From assembly GCA_021814165.1 (NCBI GenBank), contig JAKAIX010000002.1, positions 136,501-200,500 of the forward strand: a stretch of DNA of 64,000 nt, read 5' to 3'. The stretch's first letter is position 1. Every line of letters starts with the position of its first letter. The position numbers and the translations under genes were made by a program. A model generated the notes under the pieces. That model was not told the DNA's origin and did no database searches. It saw nothing but the letters and a program-made list of their open reading frames with translations. The DNA comes from a bacterium. GTDB lineage: Bacteria > Patescibacteriota > Minisyncoccia > UBA6257 > GWB1-50-10. Shown here piece by piece: positions 1-8,801 of the stretch.

Positions 1-1584
1 CTCGAAGCTTCTCATGGCATCCTGTAGTTGCCTTCTTATCTCGTCCGTCGCTTCTCTGGGTCGCCCGCTACTGACGGCCCTCTGCCAGTCGTTGTTTAAT
101 TTCAATATCTCGGTATTGACTCCCACGGTTTTCTCAAAGTCGTTATAAGCAGACGCCTGTCCAAAACGTTGGAAAAGCGTCTTTGTTTGGGGGTCTTGTA
201 TGTAGGAAGCGGCGCCATTTGCGACGTGGTCCAGCTCCTTGTTCTTGGTAAGCCGCGCAAGTGCCGCCACCCTTTCCTCGTCTTTCATAGTTGCAACACG
301 GAGCGCCAGCTGCTTATCGGATAAGTGAGCCTGTTTTTTTGTCGCTTCTTTTACGAGATTGTCGCCCTGCACCGCCCCCATGTTGCTTAGGACGTTTCCA
401 ACCCTGCCGAGAACGCCTCCTCTTGCCTGCAGCCGTTCGGTAAACTTCCTCCCGCCTTCTTCTCGGAGCGGCGAAGTCACTTGTTTATATGCCTTCTTTC
501 CCACCCACGTCGCGGACGCCTTCCCCGCTTTCTCACCAAGTTTGAGGGCGCCTGCCGCTCCCGCAATACCCATCTTCTGCGCCGCGATCACGCCCCCTAT
601 CAAGAATCCGCAAAGCGCCACCATCTGCATGCCCTGAGTTATAACCGTGCTGAGCCCCCCGAACACCCCTCCCCCCGACGGCGGTTGGGCCGTGTCCTTA
701 AGGAAACTCAGAGAGAGTATCGAAAGGTAAATAAAGAAGAGCATCGCGGGCTGGAAAAATACCCACTGGAAAAATGTATTCCACCACTTTGAGAAGAGAT
801 GTTTTAATGCGGGAAACGCCCAGAAAAGCCACACGATGGGCGCGATAATAAGGAGAAACGAGAGCACAATGAATCGTATCATTAGCATGCCCGCAAGGAG
901 GAACATCACCATGGAAGCGATAAGGGAGAACACGGTGATAAAAGTGAGATTTCCGATGCTTATAAGTATCGCGGCGGAAAATCCGGTCCATGCCCCCCCC
1001 TGCTCCGAGGGATCGGGCGGCGGCGGGTTGTCCGGAGGAAGGAATAATCGCTGCGGACCGAAAGCCGCCGCGAGCGATTGCGTGAACTCGGAGTAGTTGC
1101 CGCCCATTTTATCGAGAAACGATTGGGAGAGCGTGCCGGCGAAATTAATAAACACTCCGCCGATCGTCAGGCTGAAATTTACGATTATCGCGGCGCCGAT
1201 GAGCATAGGAAGAAGCTTCTTCGCGCCATAGCTCTGAATCCGGAGTATGGTCGCGAACGCAATGATAATAATAAGAAGCACGAAGCCGAGGTTCGCTACG
1301 TCTCTGGAAATTTTCCACCCCACCATAACGAGAGCATTCGATGTCGAAAGGATCTGACTGTTGAAATTCATCGCGATGCCCACGAAGAAGTTCGCGATCA
1401 TGAAGAGCACGCCGAAGATAAAGGAAAATACGTACGCGATCCCTCTCAAAACCGAGGTAAGGATCATGGTCGGAGAAAAGATGTCCCAAATTGCGGCGTG
1501 AGCGAAATGCGGCACGACGAAGAAAAGCACCGCGAGAATTCCGGCGAAGAGCATCATTTTCTTTTTCGTTAGCAAGTTCATATG
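1..1584 (-). CDS. Partial (C-terminus off the window edge) polytopic membrane protein, at least 527 aa. It has about 8 predicted TM helices, a Pro-rich linker (PPDNPPPPDP), and an Ala/Gly/Lys-rich hydrophilic tail. Possibly VirB6/TrbL-like.
   Basis: I translated the reverse strand from the ATG at 1584-1582 by hand (MNLLTKKKMMLFAGILAVLFFVVPHFAHAAIWDIF...). The frame stays open to position 1 and is absent from the ORF track only because it is truncated. Its architecture matches TrbL/VirB6-type proteins. It is first in a minus-strand run with two secreted or anchored proteins. Confidence 0.5.
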
Positions 1585-1605
1585 TCGGAACATTTCAAAT
1601 TGAAA

Positions 1606-3267
1606 TTATGGATAGACCTGGGAGCCCCCAACGCACGCGTTTAGTTTTCCTTGGGCGTCCTTCAGGGTTAGCTGAATTGCGGCAAGAAGTTGTGTGGCAT
1701 CTGACTTAATACTCGACGCCGAAGAGAGCGCAGCGGTTATGAGATCTCTAAACGATTGATCGATTGAAGGCATCTGCCCGCTACTAGCCTGGTTTTTTAA
1801 GAGCGAAGCGCGATCCTGGAGCTTCTGAATGCTGTCGGCTTGGTTGTTTAGGCTGTCTTGTATGGTCTTGATTTGCCCGGGATAGGTTGAGGTTGCGAGA
1901 ACAAGAGTGCTCGATGCCCAACTTATGTCAGTTGAAGAGGCGTTTGATCCCAGACAACTCAGGAGTGACTTGGTTGTAATATAAAGATTTCGCGTCGAAC
2001 TCGCCGCGGTTAAGAGCACATTTGAGGCGTCGTTCAGTGCTGTTTGAGCATCATCTAATGGCCTAAAAATTGCCGCAATTTGACTATTAGTCATGTTTTT
2101 TTGTGCTGTATCTGAAGAGGATGCTGCGTTTGTTATATCGGGGGTTCGCGTGATGCCCGAGTTTTGAGTGTTATCGGGTGAAAGTTTTGCGAGGCCGGTT
2201 TTTACTCCATTTATCCCCTCTTTCACCAATCGATTAAATGCCGCGTCGAGCACTGCGGCGAGCACATTTGTTATGTCGTCCGAGTTGACAATGAAGTCGA
2301 TGTTCGAGCCAAATGATTTGTTCAACCCCTCCGCGATGGTTCGTCCTGGCGTTGTGGTTTTTTTCTCCGTGCACCGGTATTCGAAATTAGGATCATCGCT
2401 CGTCGGTTGTGGCGCGGATCCGTCAGTTTTTACCACAAGAGGAAGACTGCCAGCATAAGTGGAGGCACCAAACTGGAAACCGGGTGTCAAAATATTGCCT
2501 CCAGATCCCTTATTATTCGCGGGCTGACTTGTCTTTACACTGTACATTGTCCAAGTGATACACGCCTCGCTGTTAAATCCGAGATTGATGTTTTGTTTCA
2601 AAACCGACTCCTGCTGTTTTTGCGCCACCGATTGTTCAAGCGCTTGCTGCGTGAGAATCTCCAGTCCGTACTGGTTATTTTGAGGTTTCAAGAGATCGGA
2701 ATAACCGAGCCATCCGCCGGTTTTGAAATCCCTTTTGAATGATTCCAAATTACTCACCACCTGAGAGAGCGTACAACTCACCTGCTTTTTTGTGGTATCC
2801 GGTTGAGCGAGATAGAAATTAACATTGAAGGGTATTCCACTGCATAATTGCCCCGCTCCTACTTGTCGGATTACCTCTCCGGCGGCCTCGTCTGCCGCCT
2901 GTTCAAATACCTTCCCCGGTTTTTGGAGAAAAAGTGGTTTGTCTCCGTTTTGTATCCACTGCACCGTTTCTCTCGTTATCTCATCAAGAAGCTGTTTTTT
3001 GAGTGTTGCGAGAAGTACTTTAAAAACCTTGTCTTGAATAAATCGCCACGCCTCCTCAAGAAAGCCAGCGGTGGTCGCTGTTGTTTGAGCGGCACCGGCA
3101 GCGGCTACGGCAGCGGCTACGGTCGGATCTATAACGAGTTGCGGAGTGACGTTGCTAAGAAGCCAAAACTGGGCTTTTGCTTTTGGCATAAGGAGGGCGG
3201 GATCTGAAATAAGAAAGATACTCAACACAAGAAATAATGAGACCACTCTGATTTTTTGTTGCTTCAT
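1606..3267 (-). CDS. Secreted protein of 553 aa with an N-terminal signal peptide; Ser/Thr/Ala/Asn-rich; unknown function.
   Basis: Complete ORF with N-terminus MKQQKIRVVSLFLVLSIFLISDPALLMPKAKAQ (signal-peptide-like). It is in an operon between an anchored protein and the polytopic membrane protein. Confidence 0.55.
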   Translation of the reverse strand: MKQQKIRVVSLFLVLSIFLISDPALLMPKAKAQFWLLSNVTPQLVIDPTVAAAVAAAGAAQTTATTAGFLEEAWRFIQDKVFKVLLATLKKQLLDEITRETVQWIQNGDKPLFLQKPGKVFEQAADEAAGEVIRQVGAGQLCSGIPFNVNFYLAQPDTTKKQVSCTLSQVVSNLESFKRDFKTGGWLGYSDLLKPQNNQYGLEILTQQALEQSVAQKQQESVLKQNINLGFNSEACITWTMYSVKTSQPANNKGSGGNILTPGFQFGASTYAGSLPLVVKTDGSAPQPTSDDPNFEYRCTEKKTTTPGRTIAEGLNKSFGSNIDFIVNSDDITNVLAAVLDAAFNRLVKEGINGVKTGLAKLSPDNTQNSGITRTPDITNAASSSDTAQKNMTNSQIAAIFRPLDDAQTALNDASNVLLTAASSTRNLYITTKSLLSCLGSNASSTDISWASSTLVLATSTYPGQIKTIQDSLNNQADSIQKLQDRASLLKNQASSGQMPSIDQSFRDLITAALSSASSIKSDATQLLAAIQLTLKDAQGKLNACVGGSQVYP

Positions 3268-3284
3268 AGGGATAAAAACAAAGG

Positions 3285-4091
3285 TTATTTCTTGTTTAGT
3301 GTGTTTGCTTGGTTAGAGAGAACGTTCTGGAGCATTATATTTTCTTCAAGTACCGAGCGAACATCGTTTAAGGCGATTGTCGCCTTCAGGGGATCGTTTT
3401 TAAAATCAAGAACGGCAGTGTATACTACTGACTTTTTCGCCCACAAATTCAGGTTCTGGAGATGCCACACCTTCCATTGGGGCGGTGCCTCGAGCGCCAA
3501 AAGGTCATTTACCTGCCCATTTATAATATTGATGTATTTTGCGAGCGGAGCAGAATCACTCTTATTGAAAAATGCGCTTAGAATATCCGTGGTCGACATA
3601 GAGAACGACCCGAAATTTTTCTGTGTGATCGAACCAATGGCGTTTAGATAATTGGTCTGCGCCTGGATCGAACCATCCTTCCCTGTCCTTATGTCTTTTT
3701 CAGAAAACGAGGGAAACGAGAGATCTTGCGATAGCGCCTGCGTAAGAAAATCATCCATTGATCCGGAAGGAGGCATTCTCAGCGTGTCGGTTGTATCGGT
3801 TGGGTTCCCGCTGTTCAGGTTATAGACCGACTCGACATAGTGCTGTGCTAATGTCTGCGTTAAGTTTCTGTCAGCTGCGGTGCTCGTGCCGATTCCCCAG
3901 GAATTGAGGTCCGAAAGCCCTCCCTCATTCTCAACTCCGTACCCGGCTTTTCCTGTGTTGGGATTTTGGACGACCGAGATGAACGGCTTTTCCCCGGACG
4001 ACGGGGAAATAACAAGGAGAAATGCGACAAGAATCCCCGCTCCGAGAATCATAAAAGCGGCAACCCTTCTTTTTTTGAAATATTGTTTCAT
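3285..4091 (-). CDS. N-terminally membrane-anchored extracytoplasmic protein, about 268 aa, unknown function.
   Basis: The ORF track gives 3285..4121. The internal ATG at 4091 (MKQYFKKRRVAAFMILGAGILVAFLLV) is preceded by an AGGGG-like RBS and avoids overlap with rsmA, so I prefer it. One TM helix, then a polar domain. Confidence 0.5.
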   Translation of the reverse strand: MKQYFKKRRVAAFMILGAGILVAFLLVISPSSGEKPFISVVQNPNTGKAGYGVENEGGLSDLNSWGIGTSTAADRNLTQTLAQHYVESVYNLNSGNPTDTTDTLRMPPSGSMDDFLTQALSQDLSFPSFSEKDIRTGKDGSIQAQTNYLNAIGSITQKNFGSFSMSTTDILSAFFNKSDSAPLAKYINIINGQVNDLLALEAPPQWKVWHLQNLNLWAKKSVVYTAVLDFKNDPLKATIALNDVRSVLEENIMLQNVLSNQANTLNKK

Positions 4092-4110
4092 CCCCTTTTT
4101 GTAATTGGAA

Positions 4111-4971
4111 TCACCCATCATAATTGTACAACATTTCTCCTATCTTTTTTATATCCTCGACACATAGGTTATGCGGGCGGTCGTTCGGTTTTACCCCGAT
4201 TTGTTTCAGACGTTCCGCAACACCATCTTTTTCTGCCTTGTTACACTTCTTTAACGATCGAAAGGCGAGTGTTATGTTGTTTACAATCGTTTTTCTGGGC
4301 TGCCCAAAGAGCGCATGCAGCGTGTCAAAATACCCCTGTTGTTTGCTCGGCGTCTCAACGGGTTGGTGTGTTTCAAGAAGAATGACGGCGGAATCTACTT
4401 TCGGTTTCGGAGCAAAATCATTCTTTCCGACGATCATCACCACCTTCGGTTTCGCCCATAATTGAATGCTTGCCGCAAGGAGATTCATATGAGGAGGCGT
4501 TGCCGTCGCGCGCAGCGCAACCTCTTTTTGGATCATGAATACTGCTCGCTTCGGGAGCATGGACAACCCGCTTATCGTACGGAAGAGGAATCCGGTGAGG
4601 TAGTAGGGAATGTTGCCTACCAGTTTGTAATTTCCAATTTCTAGTTTCCGATTTCTAATTAGTTCCGGAAGAACTTTCAAAACATCCCCATGGATAATTT
4701 CAATTTCGGATAAATTTTCCTTTCGGGGTTCAGAATTTATTTGAAGCTTGTCGTTTGTGATTTGGAATTTTTTTCTTAGAAAATCAACGAGGGCAGGGTC
4801 TTTCTCGATGGCTATGACTCTCACGGGGTAACGTAAAAGCTCCCCCGTGAGTTCGCCGTGCCCGGGACCAATTTCTATAATCACGTCACCGTCCTCCGGC
4901 GCGATGGCGTCGATTATTTTTTTCACCACCGTCTTGTTTTGCAGAAAATGTTGTCCGAGCCTCCTGGTCAT
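4111..4971 (-). CDS. rsmA: 16S rRNA (adenine1518/1519-N6)-dimethyltransferase RsmA/KsgA.
   Basis: N-terminus RLGQHFLQNKTVVKKIIDAIAPEDGDVIIEIGPGHGELT carries the SAM-binding motif, and VGNIPYYLTGFLF matches the KsgA signature. It has a C-terminal helical domain. Confidence 0.85.
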   Translation of the reverse strand: MTRRLGQHFLQNKTVVKKIIDAIAPEDGDVIIEIGPGHGELTGELLRYPVRVIAIEKDPALVDFLRKKFQITNDKLQINSEPRKENLSEIEIIHGDVLKVLPELIRNRKLEIGNYKLVGNIPYYLTGFLFRTISGLSMLPKRAVFMIQKEVALRATATPPHMNLLAASIQLWAKPKVVMIVGKNDFAPKPKVDSAVILLETHQPVETPSKQQGYFDTLHALFGQPRKTIVNNITLAFRSLKKCNKAEKDGVAERLKQIGVKPNDRPHNLCVEDIKKIGEMLYNYDG

Positions 4972-5501
4972 TGTAGTTGCGTTGTTTGTTTGAGAAATGT
5001 TTCGTCGTCTATTTCACCGATAACAATAAGACGCACGAACCCCGAGAGATTTTTTTCTTCGATGGTTTCGAAAATCATGCGCGGGATCGGGCGCTTTCCA
5101 AGAAACACGCTTCTTTGAACGAACGAATATCCCGCACTCGTAAGCGCACTCCGGAGCCAATCGCGTTCTCTCCTCCGTTTTTCGGGAATATCAAACGTGA
5201 TAAGACGCCACTTGCCGTCCCACGGTTCTTCGGGCGGACGCTCTCTTTGTCGAAGAAACTGAAACCCTCTTTCGGAAAGTTTTAGTTCACCTTGTTCCGA
5301 TCGTTCGACTAACCCCCTCTTCTCAAGCCGCCACAGCGTGGTACGGACACTCCCCCGTTTCGCGTGCCTTAGCGCCCCCAGACCGTCGTTTATAATCGCT
5401 TGAATCGGAGCAGATCCCCGTTCGGCAATACCCGACAGAATACCGAGGCCAAGCATCCCCATTCTCCGAGAAGATATATCTTTTTTGCTCCGCACTCGCA
5501 T
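4968..5501 (-). CDS. Small winged-helix regulator, PaaX-like. Its C-terminal half has a Cas2/VapD-like sequence pattern.
   Basis: The N-terminus (TTLWRLEKRGLVERSEQGELKLSERG) is wHTH-like. The C-terminus is WRLITFDIPEKRRRERDWLRSALTSAGYSFVQRSVF, i.e. a hydrophobic strand, D-x-P/E, an Arg cluster, then an SVF motif. It overlaps the rsmA stop by 4 nt. Confidence 0.45.
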   Translation of the reverse strand: MRVRSKKDISSRRMGMLGLGILSGIAERGSAPIQAIINDGLGALRHAKRGSVRTTLWRLEKRGLVERSEQGELKLSERGFQFLRQRERPPEEPWDGKWRLITFDIPEKRRRERDWLRSALTSAGYSFVQRSVFLGKRPIPRMIFETIEEKNLSGFVRLIVIGEIDDETFLKQTTQLQ

Positions 5502-5550
5502 AGTCTCTGTTTGAAATTATTATATCATAACACTTCATTCACGATCGTGG

Positions 5551-6672
5551 GTGAAGTGTTATGCGGTTCTTTTCTTTCCCAGCCTCTTTGCTATACTTAG
5601 TTTCATAAGTACGTTATTTTCCCACGTAAGAACCCTTTTTAAGAGGGGAGCTCCTAAGACGACCAGTTTCTGGTCGGTGCTTTTTGTAGTAATAATGGCC
5701 CTTTTTGGAGGGATTATAAGTGTCGGTGCGAGAGGGATAATCAGCGGTTATGAGGAGGGAAACAACTGGGGTTTTGGTGGGCCTGTTCAGAAACCGGAGA
5801 TGGTTGCCGCGTCAACGGGAGAAAAGAGCTCTTCCGAAGGAACGGGTTCTTCAAACGACGAACGACACACCCTTATCGCGGGAGACACGGCCGTGGTCGC
5901 TTCGTCGGACCCTTTAAGTGATCTTCTCCCCGTAAGCGGAGGGCTTAAAAGATATAAAGTGAAACGCGGCGACACCCTCCAGGGAATCGCCGATCGTTTT
6001 CACGTTTCCCGCGAAACGCTTCTATGGGCGAATCCGGGGGCCTCTTCGGTCCTTACGACGGGACAAACACTCCTGGTACCCCCCGTTTCCGGCGTCGTAT
6101 ACCAGGTTAAGCCGGGCGACACCCTTAAAGAAGTCGGCGGTACGTACGGGGTTGATCTTGAGCTTATAAAAAAATACAACGCGGATTATCAGAACGTACT
6201 AAGCGAGGGCGGAGTACTCATCCTCCCCTATGCGCGCCCGCTCGCTTCAAGCGGTCGCGGAACAACGTCCGCGGATGCCGATCTGCCGAATCTGAAAAAT
6301 TATTTCGCGCTTCCCGCTATCGGATGGAACTGGGGGCAGCTTCATAATTACAATGCGGTAGATATAGCGAATCAATGCGGCACGCCCGTTCATGCCGCGG
6401 CGGAGGGACTCGTGGTGATCGATGAAAATTTCGGGAGCGGCGCGGAAGGATGGAATGACGGATATGGAATCTTTGTTTTGGTCGAACATCCGAACGGAAC
6501 CAAAACTCGCTACGCGCATCTCGCAAAAGCTCTCGTGAAACCCGGCGATTACGTGAATCGCGGAGAAGAACTCGGTCTTATGGGAAACACCGGAAACACG
6601 CACGGACCGACCGGCTGCCACCTGCACTTTGAAGTATATGGAGCGAAGAATCCGTTTGCGGTCACGAAGTAG
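5551..6672 (+). CDS. Membrane-anchored peptidoglycan hydrolase with two LysM domains and a C-terminal M23 (LytM) metallopeptidase domain.
   Basis: The LysM repeats are GDTLQGIADRFHVSRETLLWANP and KPGDTLKEVGGTYGVDLELIKKYN. The M23 motifs are ...HLAKALVKPGDYVNRGEELGLMGNTGNTHGPTGCHLHFEV. Confidence 0.85.
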   Translation: MKCYAVLFFPSLFAILSFISTLFSHVRTLFKRGAPKTTSFWSVLFVVIMALFGGIISVGARGIISGYEEGNNWGFGGPVQKPEMVAASTGEKSSSEGTGSSNDERHTLIAGDTAVVASSDPLSDLLPVSGGLKRYKVKRGDTLQGIADRFHVSRETLLWANPGASSVLTTGQTLLVPPVSGVVYQVKPGDTLKEVGGTYGVDLELIKKYNADYQNVLSEGGVLILPYARPLASSGRGTTSADADLPNLKNYFALPAIGWNWGQLHNYNAVDIANQCGTPVHAAAEGLVVIDENFGSGAEGWNDGYGIFVLVEHPNGTKTRYAHLAKALVKPGDYVNRGEELGLMGNTGNTHGPTGCHLHFEVYGAKNPFAVTK

Positions 6673-6798
6673 TTTAGAAATTCTAAATCCTAACACCTAA
6701 ATCCTAAATAATAACTGAAATCCAAAATCGTAATAGTTGAAACCCGTGTTTGGAATTTTGAATTTTGTGCATTAGAATTTAGAGTTTCGAAATTAGAG
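6672..6798. repeat. Cluster of AT-rich heptamer-like tandem repeats (AAATCCT/GGAATTT/GAAATTA variants) between convergent genes.
   Basis: aaattctaaatcctaacacctaaatcctaaat...ggaattttgaattttg...ttagaatttagagtttcgaaattagag. Related blocks lie at 4621-4668, 21456-21532, 25141-25290, 29950-30032, 52651-52671, 53849-53886, 54688-54754 and 62617-62690. Confidence 0.7.
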
Positions 6799-6799
6799 C

Positions 6800-8338
6800 T
6801 TATTCGTTAGTCCTTATCCGATATTGAAACGCCTCTGCGAGGTGTTCTTTTGTTATTATCGGGGCGCTCTCGAGATCGGCGATGGTTTGTGCAACGCGGA
6901 GAATCCGATAGTACCCCCGCACCGACACGAAATTCCGCTCAATCATCTCCTTAAGAAATGACTCCGCATTTGTCTCGAGCGCGACCAACGCATCGACATT
7001 TTTTGACGACATCTCGTTATTGGTATAAATAGAAAGGTTATGTTTCAAGAAACGTTCCCTTTGAAGTACTCGCGCGCGACTCACGGATTCCTTTGCTGCT
7101 TCTTGTTCCCCTTCCGTGGGTTGGCTTCGTAAAACTTCTATTTTTACCCGCGGAACCTCGAGCTGGATATCAATCCTATCGAGAAGAGGTCCCGATATCC
7201 GCTTCTGGTATCGAAATACTCCGTGCGCGGTACAGGTACACTCGCGTTCCGCGTCCCCGAAATATCCACAGGGACAAGGATTCATCGCCGCCACAAGCAT
7301 GAATCGGGAAGGAAATATTGTGGCTTGTCTTGCGCGTGCAATGCACACCTCGCCTCCTTCGAGTGGTTGGCGAAGTGCTTCTAATGCATCGCGATGAAAC
7401 TCAGGGAGTTCGTCTAGAAAAAGAACTCCCCGATGCGCCAGGCTTATCTCCCCCGGCTTGGGGGTCTGACCCCCTCCAATAAGCGCGATTAACGATGTGC
7501 TGTGATGTGGTGACCTGAAGGGTCTGTGATGAATAAAGGGGAGCTCTTCATGAAGAAGTCCCGCGGCGCTCCAGATCGCCGTGGTTTCTATCTTTTCATC
7601 AAGTGAAGGGGGAGGAAGTACTGAAGCGAGCGCCTGTGCGAGCATAGTCTTTCCTGTGCCGGGCGGCCCCGAAAGAAGCAAATTGTGTCCCCCGGCGGCT
7701 GCGATTACGAGCGCGCGCTTTGCGGCTGATTGTCCTTTAATCTCACCGAAGGTCACGAGCGTGGTCGGATATGTCCCGGGAAATTCGGTGTGAGGTTGAG
7801 GAACAATCGGCTCAAGCTCTTCCAGGTGTGCGATGAGACGTGAAAGAGTCGCGACGGGGAATATTTTCACCTCTTTTACCGCGGCCGCTTCCCGTGCATT
7901 TGCCTCAGGAACAAAAAGCTCGGGAATTCCTTTCTCGCGGGCGAGGAGAGCTACATTAAGACAGCCGTTCACTGGGCGGAGGGATCCATCGAGGGAAAGT
8001 TCGCCGACGAACATCTTATTGTGCGTCGAAAACAAACCGAGTTGCTCGCTCGCCATGAGATATGCAAGGGCAATAGGAAGGTCGAATCTCGATCCGATCT
8101 TTTTCACGTCCGCGGGTGCGAGATTTATGGTAATGCGGCGATTTTCTTTCGTGGGTGGCTTGATGCCGGAGTTTTTAAGAGCGGAGTTCACGCGTTCCTT
8201 TGCCTCGCTGATCGCTTTATCCGCAAGCCCCACGATGTTAAACGCGTGAAGGCCGACGTTCAGGTCGGCCTCCACCTCAATAAGTTCTGCGGCAATCCCG
8301 TTAAGCTCCGCTGACAAGAGTTTCGGTACCGCGTGCAT
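6800..8338 (-). CDS. comM: YifB/ComM-family Mg-chelatase-like AAA+ ATPase.
   Basis: It has an N-terminal Lon-protease-like domain (RITINLAPADVKKIGSRFDLPIALAYL), a Walker A motif GPPGTGKT, and C-terminal ComM-like helices. Confidence 0.85.
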   Translation of the reverse strand: MHAVPKLLSAELNGIAAELIEVEADLNVGLHAFNIVGLADKAISEAKERVNSALKNSGIKPPTKENRRITINLAPADVKKIGSRFDLPIALAYLMASEQLGLFSTHNKMFVGELSLDGSLRPVNGCLNVALLAREKGIPELFVPEANAREAAAVKEVKIFPVATLSRLIAHLEELEPIVPQPHTEFPGTYPTTLVTFGEIKGQSAAKRALVIAAAGGHNLLLSGPPGTGKTMLAQALASVLPPPSLDEKIETTAIWSAAGLLHEELPFIHHRPFRSPHHSTSLIALIGGGQTPKPGEISLAHRGVLFLDELPEFHRDALEALRQPLEGGEVCIARARQATIFPSRFMLVAAMNPCPCGYFGDAERECTCTAHGVFRYQKRISGPLLDRIDIQLEVPRVKIEVLRSQPTEGEQEAAKESVSRARVLQRERFLKHNLSIYTNNEMSSKNVDALVALETNAESFLKEMIERNFVSVRGYYRILRVAQTIADLESAPIITKEHLAEAFQYRIRTNE

Positions 8339-8353
8339 GGATTTTCAATAACC

Positions 8354-8704
8354 CTAGTGTCTCTCGTTATGTTTGCAGCTTTTACAAAGCGCCGATTCCG
8401 GGTCTATATCGAGTATCTCTTGTTCGATCGGTTTTCCGCACCGCTCGCAGGAACCGTAGGTTCCGCTCTGAATCTTTTCGAGCGCCCGATTGATCGCTCC
8501 AAGCCGCGCATCCTGGGTTTTTTTGACACCGAGGTAGGTGCCCATTTCTTCGGACTCGTCGCTTTCTTCCTCGAGGTGATCGCTCTCGTCGCCAAAATCG
8601 AGCGTTTCCTTAAACTTCGCGAGCTCCTCTTCTATCTCTTTTTTCTCCGCTTCCAATCTCCTTTTTATTTCTTCCGTGTTTGCGTTGTCTTTTTTCATAA
8701 TCAC
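8354..8704 (-). CDS. DksA/TraR-family C4 zinc-finger protein.
   Basis: N-terminal coiled coil, then C-terminal C-x2-C...C-x2-C (GSCERCGKPIEQEILDIDPESALCKSCKHNERH). Confidence 0.7.
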   Translation of the reverse strand: MIMKKDNANTEEIKRRLEAEKKEIEEELAKFKETLDFGDESDHLEEESDESEEMGTYLGVKKTQDARLGAINRALEKIQSGTYGSCERCGKPIEQEILDIDPESALCKSCKHNERH

Positions 8705-8746
8705 AAAAAGTACCTACAGATTAGCACACTTTTTTGTTTATTTCCA

Positions 8747-8780
8747 GAAAACCCCGCTTTGTTCAGGCGGGGTTTTCTGT
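8747..8780 (-). terminator. Hairpin plus T-run between two minus-strand genes.
   Basis: AAAACCCCGC...GCGGGGTTTT stem followed by a T-rich tract. Confidence 0.45.
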
Positions 8781-8801
8781 TTGGTTTTATCCGAGCCGCC
8801 T

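Noticed and set aside
1078-1572. 164-aa plus-strand ORF rich in charged residues (HRDAHEEVRDHEEHAEDKGK...)
   Set aside because: It is antisense to the long partial polytopic membrane-protein ORF, 1-1584 minus, which has coherent TM periodicity.
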